Assembly (NCBI RefSeq): GCF_006345805.1 | Contig: NC_043010.1 | Coordinates: 29,016,001-29,080,000, forward strand | Reading direction: 5' to 3' | Source: Octopus sinensis | Taxonomy: Eukaryota | DNA: 64,000 nt | Shown: positions 39,539 to 52,875 of the stretch, in pieces | How the letters are laid out: each line of letters begins with the position of its first letter | Position numbering within the stretch: position 1 is the first letter of the stretch | Made by a program: the position numbers and the translations under genes | Notes under the pieces: model-generated | The model's database searches: none | Told to the model about the DNA's origin: nothing | The model's input: only the letters and a program-made list of their open reading frames with translations

Positions 39539-41467
39539 GTGTGTGTATAATTATTTGTAATCCTCTTTTACAGGTACTAACAAATGGCTGGAGAAACTGT
39601 AAGTTCATTTTTCAATTATATCTTCTTTTTTAAAAAAAGAACATTCACCTAGTCCTGCTTTTATGTTCTGGAAGCAAACTAATAAACTCTGATGCTTATT
39701 CTATTGGTCTTCATTTGCTGAAGCACCTAGTTACAGCGACGCAAACAAACCAGCATCGGACGTCAAGCGATGGCTGGAGGTAAACACAAAGACAAATACA
39801 CGCACTTATAGATGCATGCATATTATTCTTCTATTAATCCCGTTGTGCTAAATAATACACTTATATTTGCTAAGAAAATTCTAACCTTAGTTTAAGAGAA
39901 ATTAAAGTTATTTTGGAAGCAAGGAAGTCCCTTATTTGATAACAAGTATTGGGCCAGAAAAATACTAATGATTATTTTGACATAACCTTGGGTTCTGCTA
40001 ATTCCACCCAGGTTACGGACTTAGTAGGTATATACAGATTATATTATATTGTTGTGGTTCAGCTTAAGGACAGAGCCGGCGACCTACTTTGGGGATGAAT
40101 CCATTGTTCTGCCAGATGCGGGTTGATTAATTAGCTCTGGGGAAACTCCCCGACCCGAATCTGAGGAAGACAGATTAAGGAATCTGGGAGCTTGTCATGA
40201 GAGATGACAGTAGAGTGAGAGGATGAGGGGCTGAGGAAGACAGACAGAGAGTATTGCAGAGCTAAGAGAGAGGGAGTTCCAGCAGAGAGATTGGGTAGTC
40301 GAGGGCGAGCAGTTGGCAGTTTGGATTTTAGCAGTGGCTGTTCAGCTGGTGACAGTGTACTGAAAGAGGAAGCGCAGAGAGAGACAGGAGGACAGTCATG
40401 AGAGACGGTCGGCATTTGGGATTCAGGGCAAGCAGTCGGCATTTGGGATTGTACAGCGAGTTAGTAATGGTTTGTTCTGCTGTGACAGAGAGAGATATAC
40501 AGAGGATTAGGCAGCTAATGGAGATGGAATACAATGTGAGGCATTGGCTGATGTAACGGTATGTGTTAATTGTATGTTGATATGTGAATTATGTAAAAAG
40601 ACTATAACGAACTGTTACAGAAGTGAGTAAAGGACTTGTTGATGTGTTGTTGAATTGTATTGATACGTGTTACAAAAAAAGAGAAAGAAGAAAAAGAAGG
40701 AAAAAGACAAGAAAAGAACTATGAACTGTATCGTTGTTTTGAATTGATCTGATTTGAATATTATTTGTAACGTGAACTTATTTGTCTATGAACATTGTAT
40801 AATGCATTGATGGTTTGAGTCGACGTGTATATTGTATCTGCATGTTTAAATGCTTTGATCTGTTGTATACCTGTTTCTTGCATGTGTTATCTTTAAATGT
40901 ACTTGATGTTGTAACAATTATAAAGTGTTATAAACTAGTAGGTTAAACGTAGCCAATTGCCTTCCGCTGTGTTTCTAACGGTGGTTAGTGAGCCATTGCA
41001 GATTTTCGATGCAGCGGATATATAATTGATAAAGAGGACAACAAACATTAAGGCAAGACAAGCATCTCAAGTCGTATAAAATATTATTATTGGAAACATG
41101 TAATGTCTTACAGCTGTTTCTGTGATATTCCAGGGTATGGGAAATTCTTCCGTCATTTCATTGATATATACCATTCACATTTTCCCTATTTGTCCCTATT
41201 TGTCTCTGATGACGGAATATCCTATCTGTACTCGGGGATATCTCAGAAACAGCTGTATGACTTTGAATTTTACGCACAAAAAAATTTTTTGGCGAGCACC
41301 GCCAATTGGGAAGCATTCTGTCTTATCGTTAAAGGTGCGAAACTAAACAGTACCAATTGGTCGATAACTGATAAAGAATTACGGATCTTCTGTTTGTCGC
41401 CCGTTTGTTTTTACATTCAGTATACGTTATGCCACTTATTTATACATTATTTCATATATATATATAT

Positions 41468-41695
41468 ATTACTCTTTACTCTCTCTCTTTTACTTGTTTC
41501 AGTCATTTGACTGCGGCCATGCTGGAGCACCGCCTTTAATCGAGCAAATCGACCCCGGGACTTATTCTTTTGTAAGCCCAGTACTTATTCTATCGGTCTA
41601 TTTTGCCGAACCGCTAAGTAACGGGGACGTAAACACAGCAGCATCGGTTGTCAAGCAATGCTAGGGGGACAAACACAGACATACAAACACACACA

Positions 41696-41743
<48 letters not shown>

Positions 41744-41890
41744 TACGACGGGCTTCTTTTCAGTTTCCGTCTACCAAATCCACTCACAAGGCTTTGGTCG
41801 GCCCGAGGCTATAGTAGAAGACACTTGCCCAAGGTGCCATGCAGTGGGACTGAACCCGGAATCATGTGGTTGGTAAACAAGCTACTTACC
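41468..41890 (-). mobile_element. Long octopus-type tRNA SINE
   Basis: Reverse complement of the 22890-23380 family. Confidence 0.9.
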
Positions 41891-41921
41891 ACTCCGTTGT
41901 CCACTCACACAGAGGTAGACA

Positions 41922-41972
<51 letters not shown>

Positions 41973-42498
41973 ACACACACATACACACAAGAGAATTCTT
42001 TCAGTTTCCGTTTGCCAAATTCACTCAGAAGGCTTTGGTTGGTGTTAGGCTGCAGTAAAAGACAAAAATAAAGATATTGGTATTGTTTTAGATATTTAGG
42101 GTACGCTTAGGATAGGAGAAATGTCATTCTACCTATTTAAGGCATATACACAGTTAAATTCACTTTTTATTTTCTAATATACCTTAATCAACATTTTTGC
42201 GAAGTTACCCTATATATACATCACTGAACGGTGAAGAATAGAAATATCAGTGATAAAACAGAAGAAATAAGCTGTGCTTTATAAATGAATTCCTTTGACA
42301 TATTACTTTTGCATCAAATTGTAGGCATTTCCATGCCACTCTATAAAATAATTTGACACTTTACAGCATGGTTGGCAAAGTCATTGCACACTAGCAAAGT
42401 CTCTAAAAACCTAAACGAAGAACTCATTTAAACAATTAGATTTGAATACCTATGGGCTTACGAAATATATCAAAATATTTTTTACAGCATGGCTGTTA

Positions 42499-42600
42499 CA
42501 GTCAACTCTCGCTACTATGCCACCTCGCTACTATGCCACTCTCGCTACTATGCCACTTTGGTTCAGTCCCGCGGGGTGGCATAGTAGCGAGAGTTGACTG
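42499..42600. mobile_element. 102-bp Tc1/mariner-type MITE
   Basis: TIR cagtcaactctcgctactatgccac / gtggcatagtagcgagagttgactg with TA on both sides. Confidence 0.85.
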
Positions 42601-43480
42601 TATATCATAGATTCCACAGCAGATACAAAATTAAAGCCAAACTCGCCGTGGTTATCCCATCAATTTAAAAAAATATATTTAACACTACATGAGTAAATGA
42701 GTTCTTCCCGATTTTTTCTACTCTGCAGTAATAATTTGAAGAAGATTTTCTCTTTCGATAGCGCAACATTCTACTGCTACTTGATAGTTTGATCACCAAA
42801 TTTGATGGTGGCCGAGAGAAATGATAGACAAATGCAAGATTATTGTTATAGGGAGAAAGAGCAGCACGCACATCAAACTCCCTTTTTAGTTCTCGTGCGA
42901 CAAGTTCAATCTGACGTCAAAACAAATGAGTTTGTCTGAGAATGCAGTAGCTTGCCAAAATGACTGCATAAATCCCTAGTTCTGCGAGTCCAGGCTATAC
43001 AATGTGACTTCTAAGAACATGTTGGTTGTTACTACTTGCGTTGGTTACACCCATTGACCTGTTGCCACCAGATTCGAAGGTGTGAAGATAAATATCATTC
43101 ATTCCGGCATCCTTTGAATGAAATGTAAACATTCCACTAAACATACAAAAATAGTTACCATGCCTATGTATACGTTATTGGATGGCCATTGATTATTTTG
43201 AGTTCATTTGTATTTTGACGGGTCTTGTTTTTAATCTTGTGTGGTAGACAAATTCACGCAACAAGTTGTACTAGATTATGTTATTCGCAGCTCTCACAAG
43301 TGACTCATTATATATTTAAATAAAGATAAATAGAAAAGGATAGCATTTTTGTGCTTTTTTGTGCTTATTTTAGTCAAAACAACTCACTATTACAGTTCTA
43401 TATTTTAGAGATGAGGAATTATGTACATTATTTACATTGTTTACATTTGACGGATATTTGTCCTCATCTTGTTTGTTGTT

Positions 43481-43526
43481 AACACAACGTTTCGGCTGAC
43501 ATAATCTCCAGCCTTCATCAGGTGTC
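43481..43526 (-). ncRNA. Minimal type I hammerhead ribozyme, intact consensus
   Basis: GACAC-CTGATGA-A-GGCTG-gagattatgt-CAGCC-GAAAC-GTT-GTGTT. Confidence 0.85.
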
Positions 43527-43607
43527 TTGGGAAATTTCGAACCTGGATCCTCATTCTTGAGGTATTTTTCGATGTTGTTGTTGTTGTTGTTGTTATTGTT
43601 ATTATTA

Positions 43608-43708
<101 letters not shown>

Positions 43709-43825
43709 TCATTGCCTGGAATCGAACTCGGAAACTTGGGGTTAGTAACCCGTGCTCTTAACAACTACACCTTATGTCCGTGGGCATACTAACCCCAAGT
43801 TTCCGAGTTCGATTCCAGGCAGTGA

Positions 43826-43882
<57 letters not shown>

Positions 43883-43937
43883 TAATAACATCGAAAAATA
43901 CCTCAGGAATGAGAACCCACGTTCGAAATTTCCCCAA

Positions 43938-43983
43938 GACGCCTGATGAAGGCTGGAGGGTATATCAGCCGAAACGGTGTGTT
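43938..43983 (+). ncRNA. Hammerhead motif with mutated cleavage triplet (GGT)
   Basis: GACGC-CTGATGA-A-GGCTG-gagggtatat-CAGCC-GAAAC-GGT-GTGTT. Confidence 0.75.
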
Positions 43984-44071
43984 AACAACAAACAAAATGA
44001 GGACAAATATACGTCAACTGTAAATAATGTAAATAACTCACTATTAATATTATTTATTTTTTCTTTTATAG

Positions 44072-44317
44072 GGAGCAGTGTCTATGAAGCTATTATAAAT
44101 AAAAATATAACTGGATTAACACACTTAAAGAAACACAAATTCTTATCGTCATGTATGTCTTCGTGTAGATACGATGATGACTGTGACTGCTTTTATTACC
44201 AACAGTTTAATTATTCATGCAGTTTATTGAAATTAAATGAGTGTAATAACATTTTGAATTCTACATTACCGGAGATAAATGATACCGCTACCGTACTGAT
44301 GGTTCAAGATGAGAATG
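44072..44317 (+). CDS. Internal exon (246 bp, phase 1-1) encoding a PAN/apple-like module
   Basis: Acceptor tttttcttttatAG, donor G|GTAAGT; C-x3-C-x5-C..FYY-x5-C-x-L spacing; frame compatible with exon 53745. Confidence 0.8.
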
Positions 44318-45929
44318 GTAAGTGAATAACTTATTATATGGGGTTTCTCGACCTAATAGAAATTGCAGTCAAACCGCCATCGAGATAACATAGAAGACAC
44401 TATAGAATGTAGTTCTAGACTAGATGAGTAGATGGTCACAATTGGAACGCCTTTGATCCTAGATTAGCTGTGGACTTTATTTTAGGTGGCACAGTTTAAT
44501 TTGTAGATAGCGGTACTATATATGGGAGACTCCATCAAAGGATCCTGAAACCATTTGATATCCGACATTCATATTCTACTTTATCACCCCTGCAATGTTC
44601 GTAGCAGTTTCTCTGTGGTTGTAATCGATTTTCCGTTGGATATTGAAGAATACTTACATTTTAGAGGTTTTGTGAAACATTTAATAAATCAGCGGTCATA
44701 TATTTCTTAATTGAATATCTCTGCCAACACAATCTTTAATATAATGGGGAAAGCTGCTTATTAATTAGGTATGTAACAATTACTAAAAATACTAAAAGAA
44801 AAAAAGCTTTGAAAACTTTTTTTTTACATTCCCCTCTCTTATCCCACTCCGGACCTATTTTGGCCTTTTTTTTTGCACTTCAAAACAATGGGAAGTGCAT
44901 TTTCAGTAAAAAATAAAAACAAATTGTTGATATTTTCAGAGGGAAAGTGAGTGATTAAAGGGCGATTAGGCTGTTGTTTCTAGCACCTCCAAAGACAACC
45001 CTCCTCGTTCCTTTATCGCTCTCGCATGTATTGATGCTTTTCAATATTTCCCCATAAATACATTTATATGCTATAAAAAAGAAAATTTGAAGGATTATGA
45101 ATTTTTTGCAACCCACTCCCTGCCCCCGATGTTTAGAAATTAAAATATCAGGGAGCCATAAGGATTTTTAAAAAATTACGAAAATGTACTTGCATAGCAA
45201 GTGAGATGTTCTGAGATCGTGTGCGGAAACAAAAGCAATTGTAGCATGGAAGATGTTTGTAAGCCATTCAGGAACACACGAAAAATGTTATTTTCACTTC
45301 AACATTAAAATTTTATTTGTGTCAAAATATTTTCGTCGCTTTGAAACCGCGACCTGTTCACTGGCAAAACTTCACAAAAGTGATGCAGTACGAAGTTTTG
45401 TCAGTGAACAGCACACACGCGCGCACGCACATACACATTCAGTGCCTTCCATTTGTGTGTATGTATATCTATGTGTACGCGCGTGTGTGTGTGTGTCACT
45501 TTTGAAGTCGCTCGTGCAACTTGTTCGTGTATATATTAGCTTAGTGGTACAGTGTTTGGAACCTGTGAAGAAGGTGCAAGTTTCAAGTACTTGTCGGTGC
45601 CTTTTTTCTCCTCGTCTTCTAATAGTAATTACCCAACTTTCTCGCAGCTATTCCGCGTTCAAAAATTATACAGGTATTTAAAAAATTTTATTCAATAAAT
45701 AATGTTTTTTCCTTACATATACATTAATAGAATAAACTTTCGGTTTTCCAAATAGTGTATTAAAACTTAAAAGAGAAAGTGAAAGACTTTGCAAATGAAA
45801 ATGGAATACTCTGCAGTGAATGCAATGAATATTTAAATTTGCGAGAGATTGGAGTTTAAAAAAATTCAATAAACATGATAAATCGAAATTATAGGAAATT
45901 TTTTCGAGGTGAAGGTTTAAGGATTTCAC

Positions 45930-46200
45930 CTTCTAGTAATGAAACTCCATTTTGGATTACTATCTACTACAACACCTTGAGTAAACTACTTATACTATGC
46001 CTTCGGATCAACCTGTAAGTATAACCGGATTGGATCTGTAAGTACGTCAGGCTGACTGTAGATGAAATTCAATGGACAGACTGCGTCATGCTGATTCTGT
46101 TTGAACAAAATGAGTGGGAAGAAAATTCCAGAGGCTTGTTTGTCATGGGGATAAAGAAGGAAGCGAAACAATTCATGGGTCACTGAGAAGAGTGAAACAT
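45930..46200 (-). mobile_element. Possible CR1/L2-like LINE endonuclease fragment
   Basis: Only weak similarity to an APE C-terminus. Confidence 0.4.
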
Positions 46201-47699
46201 AGGCGAGGTGAGGTGGGGAAGGGAGATAAGTGTGTCAAATAGCTTTGGTTGCTGGTGGAATGTCATTCGTTTGTTTAGAAGAGCAGCAGCCTTCGCAGTT
46301 GCATTAGAAGCAAAGAGAGAAGACAGCGTCTCAGTGGGTCAAAGGTTGTAACGTGTTTGTCGGAAGGTATTTTGGATGTTTCTGTATGTAGTAGCAACAA
46401 TGTCTGAAATATGAGACTAGTTCTCCATTTTGGGTTTGTCGTTGGTTAGTAAGCAATCTGGGCTGAAGAACTTTTTGGCCCTTACCAAGAAGGCTAGTCT
46501 TCGGGTGTCTAAATTGTATAGTAAATTTCTTTTACTTTCTTTCTACTTCTTCCTTTCTTCCTTTCTTTTCTTCTTTCTCTTTCCCTCTCTCGTTTTCATT
46601 TTTCTTTTCCTGCTGTTCTACTTCCTAATATATTATTTCTTCTTCTTTTTCCTTTCCATTTTTTGTTACTATTTCTTTTCGGCTCTTGTCTGATGATCCT
46701 TAATCTGTTTTCTAATCTTTACTACAGGAAAAAAGAAGCATGACAGTAATTACCAAAAAATCAACGGGACTGTAAAATATCCAAATATTACCATCAGGGT
46801 TTGGAGCCATTGGTATTGTGAAAAGTTATGTTCTTCGTGTTCCAACTGCTACGGTTATTCTTATCAGTCTGACTGGTGTCAGTTACTTGTGATGAATGAT
46901 TGTTGCAATTCCACAGCAGTCCTCCTTTCCGATGGAAACTTTACTGACCTAACTAAACCGATAAAATGTAAGCGGTTAGTTTTATGTTTATGTTTATGTT
47001 CATGTTTTTTTTAAATGATTTTTATTAGAAACGTTAAGGTAATACTTATGACCCTGTTCAGGGTATTTATGTCTGTTGACAGGGAACAGAGGAAGTTATT
47101 CTCAAACCAGAGACTTGGGTCAAAATGCTTTCAGCACACTAATCCACACTAATGTAACCTAGGGACCAGGTGAAGGTGTAAAACTGGGTAATGGATTGTC
47201 TACTAGCCAACAATAGAATGTTCTCTTCGACAATTTGCACACATTTTTCTGCCTAATAATTCCCACTTGTACGACATTTGGGTCAAAGATATGTGTGTAT
47301 GTGTGTGTGTGTGTGTGTGTGATTGTGTGCGCGCGTGTGTGTATGTATGATACGAGTAAAAAGACGAAGAAAGAATTTAACACAAATTTATTATTAGTTA
47401 CAATTGTTTCAGTATCAGTTCGCTTCAACCGCCACTGCACGCAAAACTTACGTAGTATGTGTGGCTGGTTGCATGGAGTAAATCTTCATCAGACCAGCAT
47501 CATGTTCTGCGTTCTTATATTGTGCGATGTACATGCCTTTTTACGTTCCTTATATGATGGGGAAACATGCTAATAAGTATAAAATAAGAATAAAAATTAT
47601 GAATGAAAACAGATAAAAACAAGACAAAAATAATGAAGATAAAACAAGAAAATAAAGACGAGTAAACTGGAGAACGGTACAACCCCCAAAGGGTAAAGT

Positions 47700-48260
47700 T
47701 AAATTAGAATAAGTCTCAAAGTTAAAATTAAATATTAGTATGAATAAATATTAAGCGAACAAACAGCTTAATTGCTATCTAGTTAGTTGGTTAGTTAAAG
47801 CCGCTGAGTGGAAAAGTAGAGAGTGGATAATAGTAACAATTGAATGATTGGAATGAGGCGATTTAAGAGGTCATAGTGTGACGAAATTGAAAGTATTTTC
47901 TATGTTAGTCTGAAACGAGTGTCTCGTCGATTGTTGTAAGTTAATAGAAGAATGTGAAATGTAGCAGTAAAGCTGCATCTCAGTTATTTAACTTAGGAAG
48001 CAAGAAAATGTGAAGCTGGTACTGGATACAGTTGGAAGTGAGCTAAGTCGTGGAAGGGAATAATTGTGAATCAACTGATTCTCTACTCTTTTTTCACATA
48101 TACAAAACTCATAAGAGAGCGCTAGGGACTAAGAGTAAAGGAACCAAAATTTAGAATGAAAGAAAAGAAAATGATACCGTAGTGAGGAAATACATGAGTA
48201 GGATCCCCCCAAACGTGCATAATATATCCACAGGTATTAAGAATGATACCTTAAATTTAA
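47700..48260 (-). mobile_element. CR1-like LINE 3' fragment
   Basis: Degenerate post-RT region with a WGGS-like motif; recognised by eye. Confidence 0.55.
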
Positions 48261-48386
48261 AGATAAAGTTTATGTATCGGGGCTAGAAATAAAAATTACT
48301 GGATTGTGAGACGTTCTTTATAGAAAAGTAAGTAGGGTGAATCGCTGAGGGTTGTGAAGACATTTGTTGAGAAACCTCCGAGTAAA

Positions 48387-48728
48387 TATTATTATTATCA
48401 TTATCATTATATTCTAGGTCACTGCCTGGAATCGAACTCGGAAACTTGGGGTTAGTATGTCCACGGGCATATGGCGTAGTGGTTAAGAGCACGGGCTACT
48501 AATCCCAAGTTTCCGAGTTCGATTCCAGGCAGTGACCTGAATAGTAACAACAACAACAATAATAATAATAATAATAATAATAAAAATAATATCGAAAAAT
48601 ACCTCAGGAATGAGAACCCAGGTTCGAAATTTCCCCAAGACACCTGATGAAGGCTGGAGGGTATATCAGCCGAAACGTTATGTTAACAAACAAGATGAGG
48701 ACAAATATCCGTCAAATGTAAATAATGT
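48387..48728 (+). mobile_element. tRNA-head/(AAT)n/hammerhead element with a short inverted 5' arm
   Basis: A-box tggcgtagtgg 48472-48482, B-box gagttcgattcc 48515-48526, junction tatgtccacgggcata 48456-48471. Confidence 0.9.
48639..48684 (+). ncRNA. Hammerhead motif with a mismatch in the first stem I pair
   Basis: GACAC-CTGATGA-A-GGCTG-gagggtatat-CAGCC-GAAAC-GTT-ATGTT. Confidence 0.8.
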
Positions 48729-50300
48729 TATAACATTGTTATAAGTCCACGTTATAAAGTGGCATATACAGTGAGTTCTCAAAAGGACATAACAGTGTCG
48801 ACGAGACACAATAGTGGCGACAAGACATTCGAAGCTCACGGTAGACGTTCTTAGTATGGAAGACCTATAAGTTTTCGTGGCTCAGTTGCAACGGCAACTA
48901 CAGCAGTAACAACAAGACTAACGGAAACAGAACAGGTACAACAGCAACTACAACAACAAAACCAACAATTGAAATTATTGTTGCTGTTAAAAAAAAAAAA
49001 CAGTTTAGGTTCGCTTTCGGCAGATGCAATTGCGAATTCAATTGAAAAATTCACGTGAAATCCGGAAGAAGGGATTACGTTTTCTGCATACTTCAGAAAG
49101 TATGAAGGAATCTTCAAGGAAGAGTGTAAAAGCTGGACGGACGAAAAGAAGGTACGCCTTCTTTTAAGGAAATTGTCACAAGCAGAACATGAAAAGTTTT
49201 GTAATTACCTCTTGCCGAGAAAACTACCCGAAATTTGTTTCGAGGAAATAATTAAGCTATTATATAAAATATTCAGGGAAAGAAGTTCACTATTCAATAT
49301 TCACTGGGAGTATTTGAATTTGAAAAAAAAAAACAGTCCTCTTGATAATATTTTCACATTTGATTCTCATTTCTAATAATTTTTATATTTTACTTTTCAT
49401 TATTTCTTCGTACAAAAGTGCTCACTTGCTTAGTAAATATTGCTTTCATTATTTTATCAGTCGTAATCTCTCTTTTTAAAACAAACATCATAGTAGTCCA
49501 ACAACAGAGGGAGAAGCAGCTTGTCAAGTTTTACCTTCCACTCAAAGCAACATAGAGATTACAATTCAGCTGCTCATCTGTAAGTTTTGCAGTGTGTGTG
49601 TAAGAGAGAGAACATTGCAAACAATGAATGAAATAAGCACGAAATGAAAAAATCATATAAATAAAAGGACATTACTACAGATGTATATGCCCCCAACTTT
49701 GTTGCCTCATAACATCCAGAAAAATGAATACTTTTTAAAAAAATTTTCTACAAATACGGCTTAGGGAAAATAAACAGAAGATTTCGTCCCGGACATGTTT
49801 AAATGTTTAATCTTCGTATAAAGATGCAGAGATAAGGGCTCGAATATGGACAAAGCTTGAACAAGATTCAAAAGTAAGTCTACAAGCAGTGGCTGAAGAA
49901 TGCCAAAGAATTATAAATTTACGACAGAACGCACAAGAAATTGAAAAAGTTTATTCAAATAACACGTAGTCCGACCGGTAACACACAAAAAAGAAAAACA
50001 ACAGTCAAGCCCCAAACCAAGTTATGGATGTGGAGAAATACATTTCAAAAGAAACTGTCCTTTTAAGAATCTAAAATGTTTTGGATGTGGGAAAATTGGA
50101 TACAAGAATTCACATTGTTGGGTGAAACAAAGAAGGTCGAACGAAAAATTCAAGAAAAAACTATTGTCAACACAAATGCAAAGCGAGGCACAAAAAAGAA
50201 AATGTGTCTCTATAAAAATAAATAATGTGAATACGAGACTACGGTTGGACACAGGCAGTGACAATAATCAAGGATACATGGAGAAAAAATAGGAAAAGCT
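48726..50300 (+). mobile_element. Gypsy LTR retrotransposon 5' remnant (PBS, gag, protease start)
   Basis: PBS-like tggcgacaag; TFSAYFRKYEGIF..KKVRLLLRKL..YLLP; knuckles CGEIHFKRNC and CFGCGKIGYKNSHC; LDTGSD. Confidence 0.85.
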
Positions 50301-50989
50301 TACATTGGAAAAACTGCGAAAATAGTGAGAGAGCGAGAGAGAGTGGAGAGGGAGAAAGATGAGGATGATGAGGTGGTGGAGATGGAGTGGTGATTGGATA
50401 ATAAAAAGTGTATTTTTTTAATTGAACTAAGTTTTTTTTTATGTCGCCTATCACTTTACGCATGCGCTTAAGTGCAATTGAGTGCAAAATCACGCTTATA
50501 TACGTGGCAGATATATGCAATTTAACTAAAGGTTGCATCATTGTACGGGATATAAATGTTGTTTTGTTTATGGGGAAAATGGAAAAATAAGAGTGAATAT
50601 TTATTTTATGGTAGCTGTGTCTATAAAATTGTGCATAAAGTATATATAAATTGCATTAAGTACTCATTGTATTCCAATTTCTTTCACTTTTCAATAAGTA
50701 GTAAGTAGATGAGCAGCTCTCTTTCCATACAGACACAACACTTGCTACGTCTTCAGAGTTTTTGGATAAAATTATCAGAAATAACTCAATAGGTTTACTA
50801 TTAATTCCTTGAAATATTCACGAGTCTCGCTAGTAATAATTGATAGTGCAATAAGTGTTAATGCAAATATATAAAGTGTATTGAATATAATTGATGACAC
50901 AGCGTATTATATATATTAATTAGATTTACTAATGATGAAAAGGAGAAAATTAACGTGTTCACCAAGATTAATGAACATAAACACATTTG

Positions 50990-51401
50990 GACTCTTTTCG
51001 GTTTGAACGGCAGTTTTTTCTAGCGGTGTCATATGAAATTGTCACCCATAATTATGACCCTAGTATCGATATATTGCATTTCAATCTGTTTTAGGGTTAG
51101 GGTTAGGGGGGAGGGTATCTTTTTTTCTTCACAAATGTAAAAAAAACCCAATCTGTTTCTTAAACGAGGGACATATTCATACGGCACAGAATGTTGTTTA
51201 CCTCAATGGACATCATTGATTGGTTGAAATTGTAGAAATTGAAGAAAAAACAACAGATATCTTACAAACTTTAGAATTTTCTCAATAAAGCCAAAAGAAA
51301 ATGATGTTTTATTTTGACACATTCTACCAGTATACGAAGTTTAAAATTTTTTAGTTACCTCGAAATTATGTTAAAAACTGCCGCTCAAACCGAAAAGATC
51401 C
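50990..51401. mobile_element. 412-bp MITE, hAT-like (8-bp TSD)
   Basis: TIR tcttttcggtttgaacggcagttttt / aaaaactgccgctcaaaccgaaaaga; TSD cacatttg at 50982-50989 and 51402-51409. Confidence 0.85.
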
Positions 51402-51658
51402 CACATTTGTTGTGCATTATGAGACAAAGAAGCCAGCAAAATGAACTTTTGAATAAAAAAAAATGAACAGAAAGATTCTTGTCCGTGTTGAACAATTTAG
51501 AGTTCGTACCGAATGATTTAGAAAGTAAATCATATAAAGTGAATAAATTCAACAGCTTCAAATGGGTTTTACTCAGAAAAAAGTATTTGTACAAATACAC
51601 GTAGCGTTGTCAACACGCACACACACACATACGCGCGCGCACACACGCACACACTCAC

Positions 51659-51703
<45 letters not shown>

Positions 51704-51765
51704 CATATACATACCTACATACACGCATACACTCACATGTTTATATGCCTGTTTTTATACGCATG

Positions 51766-51794
<29 letters not shown>

Positions 51795-51798
<4 letters not shown>

Positions 51799-52118
51799 TC
51801 TTTACTCATTTACTTGTTTCAGTCATTTGACTGCGGCCATGCTGGAGCACCACCTTTAGTCGAGCTAATCGACCCCAAGACTTATTCTTTGTAAGTCTAG
51901 TACTTATTCTATCGGTCTCTTTTGCCGAATCGATAAGTTACGGGGACACAAACACACCAGCATCGGTTGTCAAGCGATGTTCGGGGAACAAACACAGACA
52001 CACACACACACACACACGCACACACACATATATACGTATATACGACGGTTTTTTTGCAGTTTCCGTCTACCAAATCCACTCACAAGGCTTTGGTAGGCCC
52101 GAGGCTATAGTAGAAGAC
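51795..52118 (-). mobile_element. Long octopus-type SINE, 5'-truncated
   Basis: Reverse complement of the 22890 family. Confidence 0.85.
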
Positions 52119-52124
52119 GATGTA

Positions 52125-52490
52125 ATTCTCCTTTTTAATATATTTGTCTTGGAGGGTAGCTGTAACTTCAACCTCGTATATGATATACGCCTGGTCAAGT
52201 GGACATGCTTCAGGGTCTCGACAGTTACAACTGTGGGTGGTCTCTTAGTGATGAGTTATAATGTTCTTCATATTGGGGTTGAATGATATTTAATTGAGCG
52301 TATGTTAAAAAGATTTCCTGTATTTATTAGGATTTATTGGAAAGTGTTTATCTAAAAGAAACAGGAACTTCTTGTCTATGTTACTCTTAACATTAAGGGA
52401 GAGAAGATTAAGGAAACATCTAAAAAATTAACTTGAGACAGATTAATTAATAGTAACAGTTATTTTAAGGCCTAATTGACAAATAGTGTC
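52125..52490 (-). mobile_element. Penelope/Poseidon-type PLE fragment (RT-EN linker)
   Basis: LNVKSNIDKKFLFLLDKHFP..PNMKNII..CNCRDPEACPL..IYEVEV. Confidence 0.8.
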
Positions 52491-52549
52491 AATCAAATTT
52501 TTCCTAAATCTATCAAGAGTTTGACCGTCCCAGCCATGAGATAGTCCAA

Positions 52550-52682
52550 ACCCATTGTCTCGAACATGTGACACAGTAGCCTGCCCCCGAGGAGTTGAAA
52601 ATTCTTAAGGATAAGTTAAAAGATCTTGCATTAGAAAAAAATTGTCCAAAACAATTCTTATTTTCTCACTGACCAGCGTCCT
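52550..52682 (+). pseudogene. Degenerate duplicate of part of the terminal exon (~53930-54080)
   Basis: Shares atgtgacacag, gaggagttg..aaattcttaaggataa and tgtccaaaac in the same order; contains indels. Confidence 0.8.
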
Positions 52683-52825
52683 TGTTTTTAAAAAAATATA
52701 TAATGCATCAACAGAGCCTGAAAGATTGCTTTAAGGTACATGGCATATCTTATAAATATGCCTGTTCAAGTATCATAAAAACATGAAACTATTTGTGCTC
52801 TTCGGTTGTGTATTAAATATATATG

Positions 52826-52875
<50 letters not shown>

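Noticed and set aside
39990-40620. Retroelement ORF1 or LTR
   Set aside because: Low-complexity Ser/Pro-rich frames with no diagnostic motif.
43180-43250. Signal-peptide exon (MAIDYFEFICILTGLVF)
   Set aside because: The only phase-1 donor is weak (GTCTTG) and there is no other support.
48465-48535. Functional tRNA gene
   Set aside because: No acceptor stem, imperfect T stem, and continues into (AAT)n; it is a SINE-type head.
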